NCBI GenBank assembly: GCA_964647565.1
Contig: CAZYIM010000007.1
Location: forward strand, 20,732-84,731
From: an uncultured Methanosarcinales archaeon
Lineage (GTDB): Archaea > Nanobdellota > Nanobdellia > Woesearchaeales > CAZYIM01
Direction of reading: 5' to 3'
DNA length: 64,000 nt
Part shown: piece by piece, positions 36,226-45,959 of the stretch
How the letters are laid out: each line of letters opens with the position of its first letter
Numbering within the stretch: position 1 is the first letter of the stretch
Translations under genes and position numbers: made by a program
Notes under the pieces: model-generated
Seen by the model: the letters and a program-made list of their open reading frames with translations, nothing else
Told to the model about the DNA's origin: nothing
Databases searched by the model: none

Positions 36226-37119
36226 ATGGAAACCAAAAGGCAGCTATTAATCAACGGACTCTCAGAATCACACCTAGAGCTGAATCTAACCAATGTTTGT
36301 TTTGATTATTGCAGCCATTGTTATGTACCTTCTGTGCTTCCAAAGGATCCCGAAGCTGTTTACATGGATCCAGAACTTGCCATCGAAGCTGTCAAATTGT
36401 TTGAACCGCATAAGCGGAATGAAAGTGTGCCTGGTTTTGTAGGGCTCAATGGCGGCTGTGCTTTTGCCCATCCAGAACTGGTTGAGATAGTTTCTGGTAT
36501 CAAGAAGATCGACAAGAAGATCAAGTTGGTCATCAATACCTGCGGATTGCCCCTATTGAAAAAGAAAGCAGATAGGGTGCTCTATAATCTAGCACCATTA
36601 TTGACAAATGAAGACAGCATCTTACTTCCCCAGGATGACGGCTTCCACAAGTTCCCTTATAAAATGCAGAATCAAGCGGCAGTAAGACTGACTAACTTGG
36701 GAATACAATCGACCGAGGGAAACCAGGGCACAAGGTTGATGTGGGCAATCGGAAGAGGCACCTCGTTGCCAAAGGATAAGATCTGTGATTGGGAATTGCA
36801 GAAATGCCTGACTCATTCAGTTTTAGCATCATCAGACAAAAAAGATGCCTTATCTATGGATGTAAGCCTGAACATAAGCCCTGACGGATATTTCAGGTAT
36901 TGCTGTTATGCATCAGGCAGCAATGTAATCCATTTTAATGAAATCCAAGGAATGAAAAAAGAACAGGCAATAGAGAAAATTGCAGACGGATTTATGCATC
37001 CCAAATACCAACACCTTCCAGATGACCTAAACGCATTTTTCCAACAGCACGAAAATATAGGATACTCAAGCCTGCCAGCCAACTGTGCAAGATGCGTAGC
37101 AGTATTAAACGCTATTTAG
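36226..37119 (+). CDS. Radical SAM protein with C-terminal Cys cluster (SPASM/twitch-like)
   Basis: CFDYCSHC (CxxxCxxC), LNGG, INTCG, then ISPDG...CC and CARC. Confidence 0.85.
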   Translation: METKRQLLINGLSESHLELNLTNVCFDYCSHCYVPSVLPKDPEAVYMDPELAIEAVKLFEPHKRNESVPGFVGLNGGCAFAHPELVEIVSGIKKIDKKIKLVINTCGLPLLKKKADRVLYNLAPLLTNEDSILLPQDDGFHKFPYKMQNQAAVRLTNLGIQSTEGNQGTRLMWAIGRGTSLPKDKICDWELQKCLTHSVLASSDKKDALSMDVSLNISPDGYFRYCCYASGSNVIHFNEIQGMKKEQAIEKIADGFMHPKYQHLPDDLNAFFQQHENIGYSSLPANCARCVAVLNAI

Positions 37120-37123
37120 TTTT

Positions 37124-38107
37124 TTATCTGTATTTTCTCAATCTTCTCAAGGGATCATGTGGCTTGTTAACTGTAACAGTTCCGCCTTCGATCGTAACAT
37201 TATCTAGTTGCAGCTTCTCCACTTTCCGCACATCATACCAGTGCTTCAGAAGTCCACCCACCAATTGTTTTCTTTGGCTGGCACTAAGATCCTTTAGAAC
37301 ATCATGATACGGCACCTTCACATCGTAATCAGCAACATCATACATAGATCCGGCTTTCTTGACAGCGACGTGGGAACAGGCACCGATGCTTCCCAGCTGC
37401 CCGAGGTCGGCATTGATAGGCGAGAATATGTTGAATAAAATTCCAGGAATATTATACTTGATATAGCCATATATACCCCTGCCAACTGTTTTTATGCTTA
37501 TAAGCTTATCTGATCTTCCGTATGTTTTCAAAGGATTATACTTCTTGATCATGGAAATTACCTGGTTTCGGGCCTTGTTTAGGTCGTCTTGGTATACATC
37601 CTTGAATGCTATTGTCATGTCTTCTATATTATTGACTATTTCCTTGTCTTTTTGAGAAGTCCATTTCTCTTTTTTTTGCTTCTCCCACTGGGATTGTACC
37701 TGATTCATCACATTTTTTCCTGCCCTGCGCACTTTTTTACCAATTGAACGGCCTATAAGATCTGATATTATTGGAATTGGTGCACTATAAATAATGCCCT
37801 CTTTTAGAAGAGGCAATATCTGCTGTTGCACATATTGTGCGCCTTCCTTGAAAAAAGCGCTCGCTACCACAACACCGACACCTACAACTGTTGGCAAGGC
37901 GATGTTCTTAGCAATTCTCCGGGTCTGTTTCCTGAACTTGGCCAAAGGAGTCTTTGATTTCTCAATCCTGAATTTCAATACGCCAACCAGGTCATCAAGC
38001 CTAGAATAAGCTCCAGAGTTCTTGAATTTCTCATCTGCCTCTGAAGTCAGTGTCTTGATCTCTTCATTATATAATACTTCATATATATCTCTTACATCAT
38101 CATTCAT
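37124..38107 (-). CDS. Hypothetical membrane-associated protein (327 aa)
   Basis: Long ORF with GGTGG RBS and hydrophobic segment LPTVVGVGVVVASAFF. Confidence 0.78.
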   Translation of the reverse strand: MNDDVRDIYEVLYNEEIKTLTSEADEKFKNSGAYSRLDDLVGVLKFRIEKSKTPLAKFRKQTRRIAKNIALPTVVGVGVVVASAFFKEGAQYVQQQILPLLKEGIIYSAPIPIISDLIGRSIGKKVRRAGKNVMNQVQSQWEKQKKEKWTSQKDKEIVNNIEDMTIAFKDVYQDDLNKARNQVISMIKKYNPLKTYGRSDKLISIKTVGRGIYGYIKYNIPGILFNIFSPINADLGQLGSIGACSHVAVKKAGSMYDVADYDVKVPYHDVLKDLSASQRKQLVGGLLKHWYDVRKVEKLQLDNVTIEGGTVTVNKPHDPLRRLRKYR

Positions 38108-38296
38108 TTTACCACCCGAAACTATTTAGAAATGGAAAGTCAGTTATTCTATATAAATATTGCCTAATATTGAACACCATCAAGCCTGTATCTAAGTAAA
38201 TTATATAAATCAAATTGCGTTACCTATCTTCTAAAGGGGTGATGACCACAATCGCTCAGGGAATATACTTTTTCTGGGGACAAGGAGGTTATTAAT

Positions 38297-38761
38297 ATGA
38301 CAACAATGAGTATAGGTGATGTAGTGAAGATATTCATCAAAGATAATTGCTATCTGTTAGCATCAGATGTCACAATTAGAACACGATATCAACTCCTGAA
38401 CACAGGATTATGCTCTTATGATGGTAACACTATTGGAGGAGTAATAAGAAATTTAGATATAAGCCAGAAAAGAAGAAAACTTATCTTTGAAAATGAGATT
38501 GAATATGAGGATCTTACATTTGATGAGAAAGCACTTGCAGATCACTTAAGTTTCGGATTTCAAACCGCACCAAACGTGGTTTTTGGAGTTGTAGGCTTTT
38601 TCAATAAAAGAGATAGATATGTTGCTGTTTTCCAAGACTTATTTCCTTCAGAAAAAAAAGATGGCACATATAGAGTCCTCGGGAGTAGCATTAAAGTTAA
38701 GAATTTAGCAATCAGTTCAGTCGTTACTTATGACAAAGTGAAATTAGAGGGAGGTAAATAA
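38297..38761 (+). CDS. Hypothetical protein (154 aa)
   Basis: AGGAGGT RBS, clean ORF. Confidence 0.8.
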   Translation: MTTMSIGDVVKIFIKDNCYLLASDVTIRTRYQLLNTGLCSYDGNTIGGVIRNLDISQKRRKLIFENEIEYEDLTFDEKALADHLSFGFQTAPNVVFGVVGFFNKRDRYVAVFQDLFPSEKKDGTYRVLGSSIKVKNLAISSVVTYDKVKLEGGK

Positions 38762-38762
38762 A

Positions 38763-38870
38763 ATGTCAACAGTGAATGTAGGCGATATAGCATCCCTCAA
38801 AATTACTGTTATCTGGTCAGGGTACTGGAATAAACATAGATGCAATAGCTTCAATCTATACATATGGTAA
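38763..38870 (+). pseudogene. Truncated, frameshifted paralog of the upstream 154-aa gene
   Basis: GGAGGT RBS. MSTVNVGDIASL resembles MTTMSIGDVVKI, and a shifted frame reads QNYCYLV versus KDNCYLL in the paralog. Confidence 0.55.
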
Positions 38871-38888
38871 AGTAGATCTGGTCACTGA

Positions 38889-39671
38889 CTAGAACAAGAC
38901 AGCATCATGGTCATCTCCAAAAAGAGCTCTGGCCAGTTTATCTTCTGAGTCTTCTTTTTCATCCCAGGCAGCAAAAGATAACTGGTCATCAAAGCGAACA
39001 AGCTTATCTTCCAACGAGTCAGGCAATTCTTCATCCCCAAAATAGATCAGTTTTAGATCAGGGTAAACTTCACGCGCCAGATCAATGACCACATGGATGT
39101 TGGCAGGATCAAGGCCTGATAGAGGATACTGTTGCTTGCGATGATTATCAACAAAATAAACATGTTTAAATCCTTTCCTGACAATCATATTTTTTCTTCT
39201 GATCGGGAGCTGATCCTCGGATGTAACTCTTGTCACAAGGGCACTACAATCAGAATAATCTATCCCCTCTTTTTCGATAATTGGCTCGATGATGCCAAAC
39301 TGCCTGTTAAAAGTCGATGTCTTTAGATATTTTAGGACAAGGATATTCTTATCAGCTCGCGGGCCTTTGTCACCCTTGCCAACATCATGGCCTGCGTGGC
39401 TTTTCAGGCCCACAGCAATGGTCTGCCCAGATCCTGTCTCTCCAAAAAGATAAGAGCCATCTTTTACTGTCCTTTTCGACCTGTGTTTTTCCTGGAAAAC
39501 ACCACCCAATGTATGAGTCAGGGCCCTGATTGCCTGTGTCTTGCCTGCATATGTATCGCCAATCAAACCTATCTTTACCGGATCCAGTTCCAGGAAACCC
39601 TCAATATAGAACGCATTATCTCTTATTGTTCTTAGCGGACCTGCTAGGCGATCTGAAGTTAGTTCATACAT
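38889..39671 (-). CDS. Divergent small-GTPase-like P-loop protein (260 aa)
   Basis: KIGLIGDTYAGKT Walker A in Ras/Roc-like context; G3 and G4 appear degenerate. Confidence 0.68.
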   Translation of the reverse strand: MYELTSDRLAGPLRTIRDNAFYIEGFLELDPVKIGLIGDTYAGKTQAIRALTHTLGGVFQEKHRSKRTVKDGSYLFGETGSGQTIAVGLKSHAGHDVGKGDKGPRADKNILVLKYLKTSTFNRQFGIIEPIIEKEGIDYSDCSALVTRVTSEDQLPIRRKNMIVRKGFKHVYFVDNHRKQQYPLSGLDPANIHVVIDLAREVYPDLKLIYFGDEELPDSLEDKLVRFDDQLSFAAWDEKEDSEDKLARALFGDDHDAVLF

Positions 39672-39713
39672 AAGCTAAAAAGTAACCACCAATATTATAA
39701 AAATCTTAACTAT

Positions 39714-40508
39714 TTAAACCAGAAAACTAATCACCAGAACCAATATCGCCATAAACCAAAGATAATAAGAAAACCTGATCAATTTCTTCCTTCTTATCAA
39801 TCCAAGCAACCATTTAAGAGACAAGACTCCAAAGACAAAGGCAAAGAACATTCCAACAATGACTGCAGTCAGGTTCTCGATCACAATTATATCCTTGGCC
39901 TTCATCATACCTGCACCAAGTATGGCTGGCACTGCCATTAAGAAAGAGAACCTTGCAGCTTCTTCTCTTTTTATACCTGCAAACAGGCCAGTAGCTATGG
40001 TGGATCCACTCCTTGAGATGCCAGGAATAATAGACAATCCCTGCATCAGGCCCATAAAAAATGCTGTATAATAGTTCATCCGCCTGTTTTTTCCCTGCGG
40101 CCACTTCTCTGCTATATATATGATGAAACCTGTTATTATCAGCATAAAGCAGACCACGCGGACATTATCAAACAAGGCCTCGAAATATCCGCCTAAGAAA
40201 TAGCCGATCAAAGCAGTCGGGATCGATGCCACCACTATATATAGCAGCATCTTCCTGTAAGGCGCAAGCATCTGGTTGGTCTTAAAGACCGAATAGAACA
40301 ATTTCATTATATCCCTGAAAAAAACAACCAGTATCACAAGTAATGTTGCCAAATGCAGCAATACATCAAAGGCTACAGCCTGGCTGATGCCAAAGAAATG
40401 CTGGACAATGGCCAAATGGCCTGAACTAGAGACTGGCAGCCACTCTGTTATACCCTGTATAATGCCAAGGATGATCGCCTGAATTACAGATACCATAATA
40501 TCAGTCAT
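39714..40508 (-). CDS. uppP: Undecaprenyl-diphosphate phosphatase (UppP/BacA family)
   Basis: QGITEWLPVSSSGHL, PGISRSGSTI and AARFSFL signature motifs. Confidence 0.96.
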   Translation of the reverse strand: MTDIMVSVIQAIILGIIQGITEWLPVSSSGHLAIVQHFFGISQAVAFDVLLHLATLLVILVVFFRDIMKLFYSVFKTNQMLAPYRKMLLYIVVASIPTALIGYFLGGYFEALFDNVRVVCFMLIITGFIIYIAEKWPQGKNRRMNYYTAFFMGLMQGLSIIPGISRSGSTIATGLFAGIKREEAARFSFLMAVPAILGAGMMKAKDIIVIENLTAVIVGMFFAFVFGVLSLKWLLGLIRRKKLIRFSYYLWFMAILVLVISFLV

Positions 40509-40576
40509 AATTATTTATTTTAAAAAATCTTCGGCTTTAAGACATCGATAATTCATCACTATAAGATGATGAATAA

Positions 40577-40592
40577 CCGAAAGCTTTTTAAA
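40577..40592 (+). promoter_or_regulatory. BRE/TATA promoter of the DEAD-box helicase gene
   Basis: CCGAAAGC-TTTTTAAA ~150 nt upstream of the ATG. Confidence 0.55.
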
Positions 40593-40742
40593 GGATTGGA
40601 GAACATTATAACTTAGAGAGCATTACTATGGACGAGAGAGCACTTGCTCAGTTATATCTGACATTTCGCTTTTTCTAGAGAAGTGCTATAAATAAAACAT
40701 ATATGAATATATTACTAGTAATATATTAAAGAGGTATATAGA

Positions 40743-42104
40743 ATGAACTTATTTGAAAATTTTGGCTTAAGCCAAGAGCTATTATCAACAATAAAAAGAT
40801 TGGGCTTTACACAGCCCACCAACATACAGGAAGCATCAATTCCTCACATAATCCGAAAAAAAGACGTTATTGGAGAATCTTCAACAGGTTCTGGAAAGAC
40901 ACTCGCATTCGGATGCGGCATCATAGAGCAGGCAGTCCGCGGAAAAGGCATACAGGCACTAATCCTGGCCCCCACACGCGAACTTGCTGAACAGGTCAAA
41001 TGCATGTTAAATGAGCTTGCACAACATAAAAATCTGTTAATCACATCAATCTATGGCGGCGTAGCCATCAATCCACAGATCAACGATCTCAAGAGGGCTG
41101 ACGTTGTAGTTGCAACACCCGGCAGATTATTGGATCATCTTCAAAGGAACACAATAAACCTATCCAGGGTCAATATACTGGTGCTGGATGAAGCAGACAG
41201 GATGCTTGATATGGGATTTATAGATGATGTTGAAAAGATAATCAAGAACTGCCCACGAGAAAGGCAGACCATGTTCTTCTCAGCAACAATGCCGCCCAGG
41301 ATACAAGACCTGGCGCACAGGTACATGAACCATCCAATAAAGGTTGCAGGCACCAAGATGGTTGATCCTGCAAAACTCAAACAGGCCTTCTACCAGGTCC
41401 CAAGAAATAAAAAACTAGCCTTGCTGATACACCTGCTCAAGGAAGAGCAGTCAGAACTAGTCATGGTTTTCTGCAATACAAGAAGAAATACAGATTTCCT
41501 TGTGAAAAATCTCAAGGCCAACGATATCAAGGCTATTGCTATCCATGGCGGGCTGTCCCAGAACAAGCGGACAAATACCCTAAAGGTATTCAACAACGCC
41601 CAAAGAGAAGTATTGATATGCACAGATGTTGCTGCAAGAGGCCTGGACATTGATAATGTTTCCCACATCTACAACTATGACATCCCCAACGATTCCAAAG
41701 ACTATGTCCACAGGATAGGCCGGACTGCAAGAGCAGGAGAAGCAGGCAAAGTGATAAATCTTTTATGTGACATCGACTGGGATAACTTCAGGAGAATTCT
41801 GGATGAATATAGAACAATGAATGTTGATGAGCTGGCATTGCCTCAACTGAAAAGAGTAGAGATGATCCGGACATCAGAAAGGTCAGGAAGATTCGGCTCA
41901 GGAAGATCTGGCGGCAGGTCAAACAACAGGAATAGGGGACCTCCATCAAGAAACCGATCATCCGGCGGCCCAAGAAACAGAACAGGAGCAGACTCAGGAA
42001 ACAGATCGTCCCAATCCCGAGACCCAAGAAGAAGAGGCCAAGGATCAGGCCAGGGCCCAAGAAACAGAGGTTCAGGCCAAAGAAGACCCAGTTACAGAAG
42101 ATAA
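40743..42104 (+). CDS. DEAD-box ATP-dependent RNA helicase (CshA/DeaD-like) with RG/RS-rich tail
   Basis: Q motif, TGSGKT, PTRELA, TPGR, DEAD, SAT, ARGLD and HRIGRTAR. Confidence 0.97.
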   Translation: MNLFENFGLSQELLSTIKRLGFTQPTNIQEASIPHIIRKKDVIGESSTGSGKTLAFGCGIIEQAVRGKGIQALILAPTRELAEQVKCMLNELAQHKNLLITSIYGGVAINPQINDLKRADVVVATPGRLLDHLQRNTINLSRVNILVLDEADRMLDMGFIDDVEKIIKNCPRERQTMFFSATMPPRIQDLAHRYMNHPIKVAGTKMVDPAKLKQAFYQVPRNKKLALLIHLLKEEQSELVMVFCNTRRNTDFLVKNLKANDIKAIAIHGGLSQNKRTNTLKVFNNAQREVLICTDVAARGLDIDNVSHIYNYDIPNDSKDYVHRIGRTARAGEAGKVINLLCDIDWDNFRRILDEYRTMNVDELALPQLKRVEMIRTSERSGRFGSGRSGGRSNNRNRGPPSRNRSSGGPRNRTGADSGNRSSQSRDPRRRGQGSGQGPRNRGSGQRRPSYRR

Positions 42105-42162
42105 AGTAATAATACTCAGCAATTTAATTTATTGTGTCGGCTCTCGATGTTTTTACTAGAAG

Positions 42163-43140
42163 TCAAAGAAGATTCTTTATGTCTTCAACAATTTTATCAT
42201 CTATCTCCAAATAGCCTTTCATCAAATTTTCTTTCATCAAATTTAAGGCTCTTTCACCAGGAATTAGAATCTCATCAAAATCACTTGCTTTTTTACTGGA
42301 TTTAATCTCTTTGATTAATTCTGAAACTTCATCTTTGAAAGTCTTTATATCAACAAAAATTTCAGGATTTATCACTAAAAATAGGAAACCTCTATCAAGA
42401 CTGCCTTTTAGTTTACTGCCCATTTTCGCTCGCACAAAAGACCCTGCAATAATCTCTATTGCTAAACACAATCCATACCCCTTATATCCTCCAAAGGGTG
42501 TGAGAGCGTTCACTTTATTAGGATCTTCTGTCAGATTCCCTTCTTTATCTAAAGCCATGTTATCTGGTAAAAGTTTTCCTAATCTTTTCGCAAGTCTAAC
42601 TTCTCCCATCGCTCTTGTTGATGTAGCCATATCTAAAACAAAAGCAGTATTATTTGTTGGAATAGCAAGACCTATTGGATTTGCACCTAATTTTGGTTCT
42701 ATGCCTCCAAAAGGCGCAACTCTTGATTTAGAATTATCTATTACAATTCCAATCATATTTTTATCAGATGCCATTTTAGCATAATATCCTGGCATCAGAT
42801 ATGATTGCATATTGTTCATTCCGACAAGAGCAATTCCTTTTTCACGAGCTTTTTTTATGGCTAAGTTCATCGAAAATTTTCCAACCAATTGACCAAAATT
42901 TCCATTCGCATTAATCAAAGCATAAGAATCATCTTCTTTTTCGACTTTCCAATCTCCTTTCCGATTCTTAATTTTTTCTACAGCAAATTTTGGAAAAGAA
43001 ACAAATCCATGAGATTTTTTACCAGTCAACTCTCCATAAAGATACTCATCTACGACAATTTTAGAATCTTCTTGGTTTAATCCTGATTTTAGCAAAATGT
43101 CAGTACATAATTGCTTGATTTCATCGATATGAATTCTCAT
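42163..43140 (-). CDS. Ldh_2-family oxidoreductase (malate/L-lactate/ureidoglycolate dehydrogenase-like)
   Basis: G..SHG, APFGG...LGANPI, LDMATS, PFGGYKGYGL and IPGER. Confidence 0.92.
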   Translation of the reverse strand: MRIHIDEIKQLCTDILLKSGLNQEDSKIVVDEYLYGELTGKKSHGFVSFPKFAVEKIKNRKGDWKVEKEDDSYALINANGNFGQLVGKFSMNLAIKKAREKGIALVGMNNMQSYLMPGYYAKMASDKNMIGIVIDNSKSRVAPFGGIEPKLGANPIGLAIPTNNTAFVLDMATSTRAMGEVRLAKRLGKLLPDNMALDKEGNLTEDPNKVNALTPFGGYKGYGLCLAIEIIAGSFVRAKMGSKLKGSLDRGFLFLVINPEIFVDIKTFKDEVSELIKEIKSSKKASDFDEILIPGERALNLMKENLMKGYLEIDDKIVEDIKNLL

Positions 43141-43227
43141 ATATTTAATAATAAAATTGATATTATTAAAATTTTTCTAATACCCCTATCAAAAACTTTT
43201 TAAATTCTATTTATAAAGACATTATTC

Positions 43228-44346
43228 ATGAAGCTGTATTTCAGTGAATCATTGAAGCTTTTGTTCAAGACATGGCCATTTTGGGCTATCAAGATCCTGG
43301 TCTATTTTGTGATGACTCTGATCTTTTTTCTTGTCGCTGCAGTCTTCATCTACATTGCAAGTCTTTTCTCAGGACCGTTCGGATTCCTGATCCTGATCAT
43401 AGGCCTTTTGATAATGTGGGGCATATTCAAACTCGTACGGCATTATGTACTCTACCTGATCAAGGCAGGCCATGTTGCTGTGCTTGGAGAACTGGTGCAG
43501 AAGGGAAGCATCTCAGGCAGCGAAGGCATGGTCGGCTATGGCTTTAAGATGGTCAAGTCCAAGTTTGTGACCGCCTCTGCATTCTTTGTGGTGGACAGGA
43601 TCATTGCAGCCATTGTACACGGCATATCAAACTTCATCAGAAGGATTGGTAATTGGGTTCCAATACCTGCTGTAAGGACCATCTTCAACCTGATCGCGCA
43701 CATCGTCTCAGTCTTCCTGAACTATATTGATGAAGCTGTCTTGAGCTACCTATTCACTCATCCAGAAAAGAATGCCTGGAAAGGCGCAAGAGACGGACTC
43801 GTCCTTTATTTCAAATGCTGGAAATCAATGCTTGCAACCAGTGTGATATTAGTATTGATCAACTATGCGATTGCTATAGGCATATTCTTTGGGCTTTATG
43901 TCCTGACAGCACCGCTCGTATTACTGTTACCCTGGGCCATATTCCACGAGATCCCTTATTTCATCGCACTCATAATCGCGCTTTTCATCAAGGTCGCTTT
44001 CTTAAACCAGTGGACCCTGGTCTGGATGGTGACCACTTACCAAGAATCCATAAAAGGCAAGGAGCCTGACTCTGCTGCAATGGAAGAGCTTGAAAGGCTT
44101 GTTCCAAAGTTCAGGGAGATAACATCCAAGGTCGGCAAGGAGACAACCACAACATATTCCATGCAGACACCAGCACAATCAGTCGAAATCCCACTTTCAC
44201 CACATATCAAGCAGCAGGTAGACAAGCTATTGCCCTATGTCAAGGACCAAAAGACCAAGGGCTACTCTGACGCTCAGATCAAAGCTGCCCTGCTAAAGGC
44301 CAACTGGCCAGAGAATGTCGTAAATCACGCTGTCAAAAATCCGTGA
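43228..44346 (+). CDS. Multi-pass membrane protein (372 aa) with C-terminal helical module
   Basis: Several TM helices, YLIKAGHVAV and YIDEAVL motifs, C-terminal LLPYVKDQKTKGYSDAQIKAALLKANW. Confidence 0.85.
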   Translation: MKLYFSESLKLLFKTWPFWAIKILVYFVMTLIFFLVAAVFIYIASLFSGPFGFLILIIGLLIMWGIFKLVRHYVLYLIKAGHVAVLGELVQKGSISGSEGMVGYGFKMVKSKFVTASAFFVVDRIIAAIVHGISNFIRRIGNWVPIPAVRTIFNLIAHIVSVFLNYIDEAVLSYLFTHPEKNAWKGARDGLVLYFKCWKSMLATSVILVLINYAIAIGIFFGLYVLTAPLVLLLPWAIFHEIPYFIALIIALFIKVAFLNQWTLVWMVTTYQESIKGKEPDSAAMEELERLVPKFREITSKVGKETTTTYSMQTPAQSVEIPLSPHIKQQVDKLLPYVKDQKTKGYSDAQIKAALLKANWPENVVNHAVKNP

Positions 44347-44507
44347 CCACCCTAATGTAATACGCTAGGGGCATGGCCCCTTTCGATCGGGTCACTCCCT
44401 ATTAAACACATGTTATAACGTTTCCACTCCACCAATCAAATAGACTGGTGGTATAAAATGTGTCAAAAAAGCTTAAACTAAAAAGAATTCAAAAAGAGGT
44501 GTTGTTA

Positions 44508-45959
44508 ATGAAAAAGATAATATTGTTTTTTCTATTGATGATTCTATGCATCGGAATGGTATCTGCTGCAGGAGACTCATTTGAGACTGCAGAGACCATA
44601 ACTCCAGGGACAATTGAAGGAAGCCTTCTGGAAAGGGATTCTGTCGACTTCTATCAAATCAATCTCAATCCAGGACAACGTTTGACTGTTAAAAGCACCT
44701 TTGAAAGTGATGAAGATAGTGTTTGGGCAGAAATGTATCTCTATAGTTCAGACCGCCAAGAGTTAAAAAGTGCGTGGGATTTTGAAACTGCACCTTTAGT
44801 ACTAGAATCCCACTATGTTGCGAATGAGGACCTGGAGGGCATATTCTATATTCGACTTAAGCTGGGCGCATCATATCCTGTAAATAAATATGCGCTAGAA
44901 GTAAATGTCGAAGAAAACGCAGACATGGGCAGCGGAGATGCCTCAGCAACTTTTGATGACGCAATGCCTATAACTAACGGTAGCTTTCCGAACTGCTGCT
45001 GGCTGGTCGCAGGCAAGAGTGGCAAGGATGAAAAGGATTTCTATAAGATGGACCTGAAGACTAATGACTTCATCAAGGTCAAATTGACGCCCGGAACTGA
45101 CGAAGTACAGACAGCACAGCTCAACCTAGCCATATATGATTCTTCAAGAACCAAGAAAGTAAGCGAAGAGGCAGACAACGAAGGCCAGATAATAACAGTT
45201 GAATACCATAATATCGGCGACCCGCAGACAGTATATATAGCTGCATTAAGGGATACCTACTACACTAAAGGAGGACCTTATGGCTTGGACGTAATACTCG
45301 AAAACAGGGCGCCTGCTGTCTGCGTAGCAGAGCAAAAGAAGTGCTTCGGAGATGACCTGAAGATCTGCTCTGATGACCTGACTGATTGGGACACCTTAAA
45401 GACCTGCGATGATGGATGTGTACCTGCAAGCTGGGGAGATGCAGCCAGGTGCGCAGATAAAGGAGAATCAGTAACAACCACTGCAGATATTGAAAAGACC
45501 AACAAGGCAGCAGCCGGAGCAGCAGCAGGATTTTTAGGAGTAATGGCGCTCATGGCAATCCTACCTATAATTATCGGCATCTATCTGTTGATCTCTTTGA
45601 TATGCGCAATAATCTGTATTGTCAGCATTGCGTCTGCAGGCAATGACGGTGGCTGGAAAACCCTATGGATTTTGATTGTGATCTTCCTGGGATTGATTGG
45701 CTGCATCATCTACTGGATAGCAGGCAAGAAAAAAAGGATTGACAAGAACAGCGCCATGGCAGGCATGTCAACAGCCACAACCACACAGCAGCCGCAACAG
45801 AGCGTTTCTCAACCGACACAACCAGCAGCGGACCCACAGGTTGCACAGCTCAAGAACTATGTGTCATCAGCAAGAGCTGCCGGCAAATCCAACGATCAGA
45901 TAAAAACAGAACTAAGGAACGCTGGATGGCCTGACGACAAGATCAATCAGGCACTATAA
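44508..45959 (+). CDS. Secreted/membrane protein: two PPC-like beta domains, Cys-rich linker, TM helices, PLDc_N-like hairpin, C-terminal helical module
   Basis: ATG at 44508 after a GAGGTG RBS. Signal peptide, D.(F)..A..I...G...D.DFY repeats, KTLWILIVIFLGLIGCIIYW and a terminal LKNYV...GW. Confidence 0.85.
   Translation: MKKIILFFLLMILCIGMVSAAGDSFETAETITPGTIEGSLLERDSVDFYQINLNPGQRLTVKSTFESDEDSVWAEMYLYSSDRQELKSAWDFETAPLVLESHYVANEDLEGIFYIRLKLGASYPVNKYALEVNVEENADMGSGDASATFDDAMPITNGSFPNCCWLVAGKSGKDEKDFYKMDLKTNDFIKVKLTPGTDEVQTAQLNLAIYDSSRTKKVSEEADNEGQIITVEYHNIGDPQTVYIAALRDTYYTKGGPYGLDVILENRAPAVCVAEQKKCFGDDLKICSDDLTDWDTLKTCDDGCVPASWGDAARCADKGESVTTTADIEKTNKAAAGAAAGFLGVMALMAILPIIIGIYLLISLICAIICIVSIASAGNDGGWKTLWILIVIFLGLIGCIIYWIAGKKKRIDKNSAMAGMSTATTTQQPQQSVSQPTQPAADPQVAQLKNYVSSARAAGKSNDQIKTELRNAGWPDDKINQAL

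Noticed and set aside
38235..38285. Fluoride riboswitch-like GGTGATG start upstream of the 154-aa gene
   Set aside because: The downstream pairing and conserved CTRATG/pseudoknot elements are not evident.
29778..40508. Antibiotic resistance island (vanZ, bacA)
   Set aside because: Both are broad housekeeping membrane families, unlinked here and without van cluster genes; the organism appears archaeal.
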